DNA from: Oikopleura dioica | Lineage: Eukaryota > Animalia > Chordata | Direction of reading: 5' to 3' | DNA: 64,000 nucleotides | Assembly: GCA_907165135.1 (NCBI GenBank) | Contig: OU015567.1 | Span: forward strand, 8,990,001-9,054,000 | In this document: positions 40,201 to 48,980 of the stretch, in pieces | Layout: every line of letters starts with the position of its first letter | How positions within the stretch are numbered: the first letter of the stretch is position 1 | Program-made: the position numbers and the translations under genes | Notes under the pieces: generated by a model | Database searches by the model: none | The model's input: the letters and a program-made list of their open reading frames with translations, nothing else | Told to the model about the DNA's origin: nothing

Positions 40201-40616
40201 TATCCGATGCCGAACGTCTGACTCTCCACGGTGGTGAATGTCTCTTCCCCTTGTTTCGAGGTCGAGAGGTAAATGTTTCTGGTAAGTGTAGTTTGTTGGT
40301 GATTTGATGTTTTACATGATTTGTACTTGATCCGTTGGTTTTTCATCTTGTTTTAGTTCACTTCGGACGCCGTGCTACGTTCGCCAGGAGCTCGACTCGC
40401 GGCTTGTGTCACCGCTACGCTTCGGGGCTTGCCAAGTATCAACTCGACGAACGTGGTGATCCTGTCGGTCTCAATGAAGAGGAGCGTGAAGCTCTGCTAC
40501 GACGTATTGATGCTGATAAAGCCTCAGCTCTTGTCCCTCTGGCGAATCCAGCCGGAGAAACTGGAGGAACTGTTGAATCCTCGACTGCTGAAGATGATTC
40601 GAACTTGGCCGATTGA
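37211..40616 (+). CDS. Antisense 8-exon gene inside the retroelement (~1017 aa), unknown family
   Basis: Exons 37211-38066, 38113-38532, 38574-38755, 38800-39023, 39071-39906, 39956-40048, 40099-40281, 40357-40616. All seven introns are GT-AG, 41-75 nt and phase-consistent; total 3054 nt. AATAAA at 40862. Confidence 0.82.
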
Positions 40617-40885
40617 GCATTATGCTCAGTACTCCGACCTCATCCAACGTAAGTTTTATTGTACGTCGTAGCAAGTTGACAACGGAGTTTGTAGTGATGG
40701 TGTCCTCAACTGGTTTTCACCCAACTTCCGACTGTTCCATCTCTACAGAAACTACCACGGCGGCGGCGAAGAAGCAAGATGAAGAAAAAAATTTGAAGAG
40801 AACTGTTCCTACTCTGTAGTTCCATGTACCAACGCTTGATCGAGTTCCAAACTGCAGGCGTAATAAATTTACCCGTCGTGGCCAC

Positions 40886-43800
40886 TTACATGTAATCTTC
40901 ACTTCTGTAGCGATCTGGTTCTCTTCTTGTCCTTGAGCTTGTGCGGATCTTTAGTTTATCAAGATCCGACTCATTTAACGCAGAAGAAGATGCTACAGAG
41001 TGGAACGAGCAATCCTCGCTCGACTCGTTGTTTTGTACAGTTTCGTCTGTCTCGTTTAGATCTGTTTCTGGTGAAGCTGTCCACACTCCCGTGTCTCCTG
41101 TTGTTAGTAACCGGCTCACGATGTTGTTCGAACACCAAAGCCCGAATGAGGATTTCAGCGTCTTCGACGGAGTTGATTGCTTCGGTGAAACTTCAATTTC
41201 TGGTGCTGGCGTCGGTGGTAATGTCGATTTCGGCCCGAGGGAGATTGCTGAGTCATCGAGAAGGTCGATTCGATGAGCTCTTGGTCCCAGATGGTTCTCG
41301 TCGGCTTCTTCCCATACTGACACGTCTTCAGGTTGCATCAGCCACAATCTAGCCATCGGATTCGACAGTAAGTTATCGCTGACTTTGCGGACCGTGTCTG
41401 ACACGATTGTGTCAATGATGTCGAAGGATATTTCTCGGGGTTTGACGTCGTTCTTGGCGTTGAACTTTCTAGCGAGGCACGTGCGACTCTTCCAGTTTAT
41501 CTCGACTACTTTCCATAATCTGTCGTAGTCTTGCTTGTCCCATCTCGTGCTTAGCCTGATGATATCACCTATTTTTAGAACTTGTTCGTCTTTCTCCGCC
41601 AGCTTCTTGTCGTCAACGATCTTCAAGGGCTTGTTTTTCAACTTCTTCGCCGCGTTCCTTGAATCAGCTGAAGTTCTTCGCCCTTCTCTCTCTTTCTCGA
41701 TCTGAGAGACGAGGTCGTCTACGCTCATCCTGATGTTATCCTGCGTGCCGATCTTTCTACCCGTGAATAGTTCGACCGGGGCAAGCTTGCCGTGCCCCAG
41801 CGTGTGGTTGTACGAAGCGATGGCGTTCTGTACAGCTTGTGGAAGTTCCAATGATCTGTCGTTCAGCTGAGCGTTCAACAACTTGCTCAAGACTGCTATT
41901 CTTCCGTCTTGTTCTGGAATGATGTTTTTGCTCATGTGCGTACTCTCGTACAGCTCGACTTCCATGTTCAGCTTCGCCAGTCTCGACTTCGTTTCTGCGC
42001 TTCGATGAGCTGCATGTTTGTCACATCTAATGATGATTCTCGTGGACTTGCTCTGTAGTGGCGCTAGAAGTTGCTTCACTAGGGTCATGAAATCGACGAA
42101 GTTTCCTGTGTTCACGCTGCTTCTGTCGGCCAGTGCTACGCCGAAGCGTGTGATACCCTCGGTTGCGAAATACAACTTGAAGGGCTGGTTGTTCCTGTCC
42201 GTCCTGTTGATTTCGTCCACCAGTATCAGCTCTCCGATCCTTTTAGGCACTGGAACTGCCTTCAGAGGCTGTGCAACCAGATTGTCTGGTTTCTTCATCA
42301 GGCTGCACTTGTAACAAGATGTTGTGAACCTCAGCGCGTGCGTCTTTATGTTGGATATCTCGAAGATCTTCCTTGTTTTATCGGCTAGCTGTGTTGGAGA
42401 TTGGCAAGTCGTGGCGTTGTGAACCATTCTACACATCTTTACAGCGTGAGGCTCTGGTATTATCACCAAGTCGTATTCTTCCGTTCCGATCCACTTTTTC
42501 ATCCGCAGATGGTTGTTGACGATCCTGGCTTTTCTGCATAACGTCGCCAGTTTCATCTTTTTCGGAGGAGGATTGAGCTTCTTCTCGATGTGTCTCAACG
42601 CTTGCTTCAGGACTGGATCCGTTTCTTGGATTTTCCTGATTGCTCCGCCGTCCTTCAAGAATTCCTCCAGCGATCTCGGCTTCCGCTTCGACGTTACGTA
42701 GCAGACTTTCTCGAAGGCTTCCTTCTCGTAGTCAACTTCATCTACCCAAGAATCTGTCATGTTCCATGCTACATCTTTCATGCTTTCGTCGAATTGGTGA
42801 ACTTGGATTCTTCTGACCGCTTGGTAGTTCTTCAACTTGCTGACCTGTGTGTCGATTTCTTCTAGCTGCTTTTCTGACACGAATGGTACTTCGTTAGAGC
42901 TGGGTGTTCTTGCGATTTTGCAGATCTGGCAATCGTCGTTGCAGTCTTGCATGTGACTCTTGCTTCTCGATATGAAGTCGCACCCAGATATTTCGATGGA
43001 CTTTCCTGGAAGGTGAACAACTGTTACTTGAAGTCCGATGATGCTGCGAAACAGGTTGTTTATGGTCACGATGTCGGATGGACATCTATTCTCGGCCCAC
43101 CTCTTCGCGATACAGTATAATGGTCTCGAGTCCGTGTACACTACTGTAGGCCATTTCGACTCGATGATATACCTTCTCCAGTAGGTTAACGCGCCTATCA
43201 TCCCTGCCGTTTCAAGCATGCAGCTGCTCGCCTTGAACTTTCGTTCTGCGTCTGGGCGTTTTCTCGAGTAGAACTCGCAGACTACGTTCTTGCCGTTCTC
43301 GTCCTTCTGGAACAGTATCGCGCCGCATCCGTCTGCTGATGAGTCTACCACGATGTACGCCTTTTTCTTCGCGTCGAATGGAGTTAGTTCCATCAACTTG
43401 TCCATTGATTTCTTGGCTAGTTCAAGTGCTTCTTCACTTTCTTCCGTCCAGTTGATCTTGACTTTGCCGTCGCCGTCAAGCAGCTTTCTTAGTGGCACCA
43501 GGTACTCCGTTGGTCTGTTCTGGAACTTCGACAGTGGAACGAGTACGCCCAAGAAACTTCTCAACTCGCTGACGGTGGTGATCTTCTCTCTCGAATACTG
43601 GCGGATTTTGTCTGCTTGATGAGGGCTTGGGTAGATCTTGCCGTCTTTTATCACGCTTCCCAAGAAATTCATGCGTTCAGGACAAACGAAGATCTTGCTT
43701 CCTTTCAGCGTGAGCCCGTAGTATTTGCATATGTCGAGAAATCTTGAGATCACCCTCACGAACTCATCTTCCGTTTCTGCAACTAGATGAATATCGTCTG

Positions 43801-44983
43801 CATACCTCAAGCACCATTTCTCGATCGGGCTGAAAATCCTCAAGAATGCTTCGCGCATGAATCCCATCGAGGCGATCCATCCTTGCGTGCATCTTGTATA
43901 CACCATTACGCCTTGGCGCGGGTGATATACGCCGAACCATTTCCACAGGTCTTGGTTCATCGGTAGTTGGAAAAACGCGTTGCTGACGTCGCACTTCATC
44001 GAATACTTGAACTTTGACGCCTTCGCCGCTTTCTGAAGAATGTCATGGAGATCGTCCGTTACCATCGGCGGTGTTTTGCTCCATTTGTTGACCGTGTTGT
44101 GCGCTTGTGTGACGATTCTGGCGCTCTGTGCCAGTGGAATTGCGTTCCCATCATCGTCTTTCTTGGACACAACCATCAGCGGTATGATGTTACGTGGTCT
44201 TATGCCGTATTCGTCGGGGAACACCAGTATCTTGTCCCTGTACAGCTCGTCGAGATGGTCACAGATCACGTCCTTTTTCTCTTCGGACTGCTTTTCGTGC
44301 TTTCTTCTTGGACCGATGTTCTCCTCCTTGATTTCAACGTTCATTTCAGCGTTTATGTTGAAGTTTTTGTTGAGGCATCCGATCCTTTTCTTGAACACGA
44401 CTGCGTACTCATCGCTCTTGAAGACTGACCACAATCTCTTCGCTGAAGCTTCGCCTACATCTCCCATTGTTATATCATCAACCGTGGTAGAATTCTCGGC
44501 TTTTTGGCGCATCTTTTCGATCTTCGCCTTGTAGATCTTCCTCGAATCTGGTTCGAATTTGGTCTTGTCCAATTCATCTGCTTCTCCAATCTTCCACACC
44601 TCCTCGGTACCGTAGAAGACTTTGCCAGCATCGTTAAACGTGACCGACTTCTCCACAAGATTGACGATGGTTTTCCCCTTCAGATGTGGGAGGCCCATCA
44701 GCAGACCTTGTAGATTTTCGATGACTACAGCTCCTTCGATCCAAACTCGTTTGTTGTTTATCACGATCGCGAAGCTGGCCACCTTGTTTCTGTTGAAATT
44801 GTCGAATACGCCGAGTCTTTTCCCGGCGGCGCATCTTATGTTCCTGCTCTCCCATCTGAACAGGTGCTTTATCTTCTTTAGTGGTTCCAGCCCGATACAT
44901 GTACATTCAGCGCCAGTATCGAGCTGTACGTGCAGAGGAACGAGGCCTTCGTCATTACCAGATTCTGCTTGAGTCCAGAACAT
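40886..44983 (-). CDS. pol: Pol polyprotein (aspartic protease, RT, RNase H, DDE integrase)
   Basis: LDTGAEC; KCDVSNAFFQ...QG...YADD; VVDSSADGCGAIL; integrase LILVD...IRCD-x35-E. Confidence 0.96.
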   Translation of the reverse strand: MFWTQAESGNDEGLVPLHVQLDTGAECTCIGLEPLKKIKHLFRWESRNIRCAAGKRLGVFDNFNRNKVASFAIVINNKRVWIEGAVVIENLQGLLMGLPHLKGKTIVNLVEKSVTFNDAGKVFYGTEEVWKIGEADELDKTKFEPDSRKIYKAKIEKMRQKAENSTTVDDITMGDVGEASAKRLWSVFKSDEYAVVFKKRIGCLNKNFNINAEMNVEIKEENIGPRRKHEKQSEEKKDVICDHLDELYRDKILVFPDEYGIRPRNIIPLMVVSKKDDDGNAIPLAQSARIVTQAHNTVNKWSKTPPMVTDDLHDILQKAAKASKFKYSMKCDVSNAFFQLPMNQDLWKWFGVYHPRQGVMVYTRCTQGWIASMGFMREAFLRIFSPIEKWCLRYADDIHLVAETEDEFVRVISRFLDICKYYGLTLKGSKIFVCPERMNFLGSVIKDGKIYPSPHQADKIRQYSREKITTVSELRSFLGVLVPLSKFQNRPTEYLVPLRKLLDGDGKVKINWTEESEEALELAKKSMDKLMELTPFDAKKKAYIVVDSSADGCGAILFQKDENGKNVVCEFYSRKRPDAERKFKASSCMLETAGMIGALTYWRRYIIESKWPTVVYTDSRPLYCIAKRWAENRCPSDIVTINNLFRSIIGLQVTVVHLPGKSIEISGCDFISRSKSHMQDCNDDCQICKIARTPSSNEVPFVSEKQLEEIDTQVSKLKNYQAVRRIQVHQFDESMKDVAWNMTDSWVDEVDYEKEAFEKVCYVTSKRKPRSLEEFLKDGGAIRKIQETDPVLKQALRHIEKKLNPPPKKMKLATLCRKARIVNNHLRMKKWIGTEEYDLVIIPEPHAVKMCRMVHNATTCQSPTQLADKTRKIFEISNIKTHALRFTTSCYKCSLMKKPDNLVAQPLKAVPVPKRIGELILVDEINRTDRNNQPFKLYFATEGITRFGVALADRSSVNTGNFVDFMTLVKQLLAPLQSKSTRIIIRCDKHAAHRSAETKSRLAKLNMEVELYESTHMSKNIIPEQDGRIAVLSKLLNAQLNDRSLELPQAVQNAIASYNHTLGHGKLAPVELFTGRKIGTQDNIRMSVDDLVSQIEKEREGRRTSADSRNAAKKLKNKPLKIVDDKKLAEKDEQVLKIGDIIRLSTRWDKQDYDRLWKVVEINWKSRTCLARKFNAKNDVKPREISFDIIDTIVSDTVRKVSDNLLSNPMARLWLMQPEDVSVWEEADENHLGPRAHRIDLLDDSAISLGPKSTLPPTPAPEIEVSPKQSTPSKTLKSSFGLWCSNNIVSRLLTTGDTGVWTASPETDLNETDETVQNNESSEDCSFHSVASSSALNESDLDKLKIRTSSRTRREPDRYRSEDYM

Positions 44984-45027
44984 TGGGATGTCCTTCTTGT
45001 CTGTCGCAGTAATCTGGTTGACGCTTT

Positions 45028-45034
45028 CTAGTCA
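45028..45034 (-). promoter_or_regulatory. Stop-codon readthrough signal UGA-CUAG joining gag and pol
   Basis: The gag stop TGA (45032-45034) is followed by CTA G and 16 open in-frame codons up to the pol ATG. Confidence 0.8.
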
Positions 45035-46492
45035 ACTCAACTGCCACATTCCAGCTCCTCCGTTTTCTGATGCCGAATCGCTGGAGCGCTGTTCATGGAC
45101 TTGTCCGACTTGTTCCTCTTTCTTGTGCATCGTTCTTATCATCTTCAACGCCTTCTTTCTATTAGGGCAGTCGTAGGGCTTGTGATCGTACACGTTCCAT
45201 TTTCTGATGGCTACTTTGCAGTGCCAACATGGAGTGCTTTCTTTCTTGGAGCCGGCTGAGTCCTTGTTGTCCTCATTGCCGTCCTTTGGCTGCTTCTTCG
45301 CGCGATCGCTGTCATCTCGACCGTTGGAATATCGACCTCCGCGACCACCGCCGCGACCTCTGCCGCCGCCTCCGCCTCTTTTCGACCCTTTTGACTTATC
45401 ACCGATCTTCGCTACCAATTCCTCGTTTTGATCGTGATCACCACTTTCTTCAGTTATCTTCTTGACCGTTGCGATTCGCTTCGGGCATCTCCTGATTTCC
45501 GCGGCTGCGATTTCTTGGTAGATCTTGGCGTTCTTGAAGAATTCAACTGGAGTCGACGTCTTCCCCGTTTTTTTGTGGAATTCGTCTTCAATTTTCTCGA
45601 TTGTTCTAGCGTCCACCGTGATCAGCGCACAGCACGTTGCAATCCTTGACAAGATCTGGGTCTCAGCTTCTTTCTCGCTCAACGTTTTCTTTGAGCCGAT
45701 GGCGTTGTTTCCTGATATCTTGTCCGTCCCCTCTGACTTACAGAGGTTCTTTTTGAACTCCGTGAAGAACGCTCTAGTCATCGTGGTGAAGTTCAACCTG
45801 CTGCTGTTGATAGCCATCATATTGCGGAGGGACTCCATAGTTGTGACCATGTTCCTTCCTGTATTCAAGCATGCTGCGCTGTCGTTGTGAACGACGGTGT
45901 TGGTGAAGTGTTCAAGTGAGTAGAATTGACCTCCTTCCGCTACAGCATCCCGGAGTACTCTTATCTCACCTTCACTCCCGTTTAGTAGAGCCAACATGGC
46001 TTCCCGCGCTAGGCGAGCCGCCTCTCGAAACTTGTCTGCGGTGCTCTTCTTGGCGTTCTTGATCTTTTCGAAGAAGTGCGATGATTTCTTGGCTGCTTCT
46101 TTCTTCGCTTCTTCGGATGATATTCCTGGATCCCTGACTTCTAGCCAGTTCCTGGTTTCCAGTACGTACGCTCCATTCGTCACGAATTTTAAGTAGCCGC
46201 TGTCATCGTCCTCTACGTCGTCTAAGTCCTGCAGGACTTTCTCGCTGACCATTTTCTCGAGTTCCGTCATCGAAACTGGGATCCCGTAGCTTGGTAGAAC
46301 TGCACCGCTCGTGTCATCCGTCGACCATAACCACCGGCTGTTGGTAATCATGTCTCCCGGAACTTCCGCGGTTCCTGCACTTCTCATTACTGCGATGATC
46401 TTGTCCTTCAGACGGTTCCTATTTGCTAGATCGCGAGGTTCAATCATGCCACTTCCCGCGGCGATTATCGAGCTTAGGTTCTTGCTTGTCAT
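45032..46492 (-). CDS. gag: Gag (486 aa) with an RGG patch and an extended zinc knuckle
   Basis: First ORF after the PBS; GGGGRGRGGGRGGR; C-x2-C-x11-H-x4-C near the C-terminus. Confidence 0.88.
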   Translation of the reverse strand: MTSKNLSSIIAAGSGMIEPRDLANRNRLKDKIIAVMRSAGTAEVPGDMITNSRWLWSTDDTSGAVLPSYGIPVSMTELEKMVSEKVLQDLDDVEDDDSGYLKFVTNGAYVLETRNWLEVRDPGISSEEAKKEAAKKSSHFFEKIKNAKKSTADKFREAARLAREAMLALLNGSEGEIRVLRDAVAEGGQFYSLEHFTNTVVHNDSAACLNTGRNMVTTMESLRNMMAINSSRLNFTTMTRAFFTEFKKNLCKSEGTDKISGNNAIGSKKTLSEKEAETQILSRIATCCALITVDARTIEKIEDEFHKKTGKTSTPVEFFKNAKIYQEIAAAEIRRCPKRIATVKKITEESGDHDQNEELVAKIGDKSKGSKRGGGGGRGRGGGRGGRYSNGRDDSDRAKKQPKDGNEDNKDSAGSKKESTPCWHCKVAIRKWNVYDHKPYDCPNRKKALKMIRTMHKKEEQVGQVHEQRSSDSASENGGAGMWQLS

Positions 46493-46530
46493 GTTCTTCG
46501 GGGTAGTTCAACTTTACTCGTGAGTTCAGA

Positions 46531-46546
46531 CCTTTATCAGTCACCA
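46531..46546 (-). other. Primer-binding site (TGGTGAC..., compatible with the 3' end of tRNA-Trp)
   Basis: TGGTGACTGATAAAGG directly follows the 5' LTR. The first 7 nt are complementary to the GUCACCA end common in eukaryotic tRNA-Trp. Confidence 0.6.
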
Positions 46547-46845
46547 CAAAGTGGTTCAAATAACTTGCAAAAGGCTCACTTCCTAAGCTAGAAGACCTGC
46601 TGAAAGAAGACAACAATTTTGTAGTTGCCAGAGCCAAAGAGCACCTGGACTTCAAACATGTTATGAACAGAACTTGAAAAAGAAGCTCACCTGTGGGTTG
46701 ACTCTCTTGGAATGAGGTCGTCAACTCCACAGGCAAGATGCACAGCTTGATAAACAAGGGCGCCAAACGCGAGACTTCAACCGAATTCGATCTTCGCTTG
46801 ATTTCGTCGCTGAACTCTCGTGAAGGGTCGAATATGCGGGTCGCG
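46547..46845 (-). repeat. 5' LTR (299 bp)
   Basis: Direct repeat of 35633-35931, followed on the minus strand by PBS and gag. Confidence 0.95.
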
Positions 46846-47214
46846 CTATCTACTGCAATCTGCAGTAATTTTAAAGAAATCTTAAATCCGGATTTATTCT
46901 ACACATTTGGAGTTGCTCAGGTGTTTCATGACAAAAGGAGCAAAAGACGGAGAATATGGCTGCAGCTTGTTTTTGTTAGAATTTCTGGGACGGGGCCAGT
47001 TACGATACTCTTTATGAAATTGTAAAACTCGGGCTAGGGAATACCTTCATCTTCATCCCAGCTTCTTTCTCATAGCTGTCTCTAGAATAATCTATCCTTT
47101 TCGGCTTATCTAGAGACTTTGTGAAACTTTGATTCTAGATAAGTTTGAAAGCTTTCCTTTCTAGACTTGAAGCCGTGGCTAAAGAAGTTGTCTTTTTCTT
47201 TCTCACTTTTGAAA

Positions 47215-47785
47215 TGGCAAGAGCGGAGCAGGAGACGTACGAAGATATTGAAGAGAGACTATTGCGATTAGAGGAAGATGAGTGTCCGAGTTACCGGAAC
47301 ATGCTGTTCATTACTACAGTGAATGCTACCCACTTTGTATGCACAAACTTTTGGTTCACATTTCCGGACGGGTTGAGAGTCTTCCTTGTTCACCAGTTAG
47401 GTGGTTCATGTCAACCGGAGGATCTGAAGGAGAATGAGTTCCCGATTGGAATCAAATGCCAGAACTGCGACGTCCGAGGGTGATCTACGTCACCGACAAA
47501 GAACTCGTCGTCTCAAAGAGAGAACTAACCACGAAAGACGGCTATTATCCAACTCAGTACCATTCGATCAGAAAAGACTACCTTCGACGAGTTCGATTCG
47601 ATTCCTATTCCAGAGTCACCATCCCAAAGGCTAAGCACACTTGTAAAGCGAAGTCGATGGCTTATGGATTGACGATTTTGCTAAAAAGCAAAATCTATGC
47701 TCGCACTGAGTTGCCGATAACTCCGGAGGACGCCGCTAAGGAATTACTAACTTGCCCCATCTTGCGTCGGATAGGAACGGAGTGA
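47215..47785 (+). CDS. CCHC zinc-finger-like family member A (one apparent -1 frameshift at ~47478)
   Basis: Shares FWF.(F/Y).DGLR.F, EFPI..C..C..RG.IY.TD and HTC with 53246-54061 and 54796-55451. Confidence 0.6.
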
Positions 47786-47875
47786 TATTATAGATAAAAT
47801 TTAGTAATAGGCTATTAGTAATAGGATTCTGAGAATACTTCTTTTATCATCTTCAACAAAGGTTTCGATCTCAAA

Positions 47876-48778
47876 ATGATCAAAATAGCGTGTGAAAACA
47901 GAACGAAAATGATCAAGAGAGGACCGAAGAAACCAAAGAAAGAACCAGCAATAATGGATTCTGAAGAAGAGCAACTAAAAATTGCAGACAAGCCAAGCTC
48001 TTCGTCTCCAATCCTAAGATCTCAAACTCGATCGGGCAAAGAATTTGTCGGGGCCAAAGTATGTAAACTGGAGAAAGAAGATGAAGAAGAAGGAGAAATC
48101 AGGTAACCTAAGGAAACGAGACTAAATTACAATTTTATCGATAGAACGAAAGAGCTTGATGAATTATTCGAAAGACTGGAAAGGAAGAATGAGTCGGTTA
48201 AAACAGAAAGGTCAGAAGTCAAAGTTCCTGAGCTTGAAGTGGATTTACTTCCTTTGGAACCAGTTCCCTCTTTGGACCAAGTGCCATGTCTAGAACCCTT
48301 GCCACTCTTTGGACCTGAGCCACCTCTAGAACCATCGCCACTCGTTGGACCTGAGCCACCTCTAAAACGATTGCCACTCGTTGGACCTGAGCTACCTCTA
48401 GAACCACTGCCAGCAATGGAAGAACTGGAAGTTCAAGTTAAACAAGAAAAAGAATCACCGAGGGACTTTTTTCTCAGAGAATTTCGACTGGAGATAGAAG
48501 CTCTTTTTCAAAAGTCTTTGATTGACCATGAAGACTTTGCGACAGCTTTCATTGATCGGCGGAAGACGATCCTCCCGGAGTGGATCTCGAGCGATCGCTG
48601 TGGTACAATTATTGATGCTCTCAAAGGTTTTTACTCTTTTCTTACTTTTCAACTAACATTCCTCACAAGACATGCAGAAAATCCTAAACAATGAGGATAT
48701 GGAAGAAGAATGCAGCGAAAAAGAAAACTTGATAAGTTTGGAGACGACGATGAATACTTTGATGGCTTTGCTGACTGA
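47876..48778 (+). CDS. Uncharacterised charged protein containing a 12-aa tandem repeat
   Basis: ORFs 47876-48106 and 48239-48694 can be joined through short introns; PLEPxPLxGPEP repeats. Confidence 0.5.
48253..48412 (+). repeat. 36-bp coding tandem repeat, ~4.5 copies
   Basis: TCTAGAACC.TTGCCACTC.TTGGACCTGAGCCACC units. Confidence 0.85.
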
Positions 48779-48980
48779 ATAAAAATGCTACTAAAAATAT
48801 TTGAAATCAAATTCTTTACATTATTGACTTATTCCGAATAAGTTATTCGCATTATAACACACGCAGTCGAAGTCGTACTGTTATAACAAGATTAGCCTCA
48901 GTAAAATCAAATTATCAGCGTATTTAACAGTGCATTGTAGCAGTGAGCTTGAGGAGAAATAAGAATGAGTGAACTTTAAA

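Larger units (their letters stand above)
35633..46845 (-). mobile_element. Full-length Ty3/gypsy (Tor-like) LTR retrotransposon with accessory genes
   Basis: Two 299-bp direct repeats, PBS, PPT, gag, pol in PR-RT-RH-IN order, flanking CTA duplication. Confidence 0.95.

Noticed and set aside
35947-40616. env gene
   Set aside because: Neither accessory product has a signal peptide, a clean TM anchor or a fusion-protein Cys pattern; the one hydrophobic stretch (GLGVLEVALIGLSVLAAEF) contains acidic residues.
40927-46523. Many short plus-strand ORFs opposite gag/pol
   Set aside because: No consistent splice signals or joinable frames, unlike 37211-40616; treated as shadows.
35633-46845. DIRS/Ngaro tyrosine-recombinase element, suggested by the non-TG...CA direct repeats
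   Set aside because: Pol has an aspartic protease and a D,D-35-E integrase; no tyrosine recombinase or split-repeat arrangement is seen.
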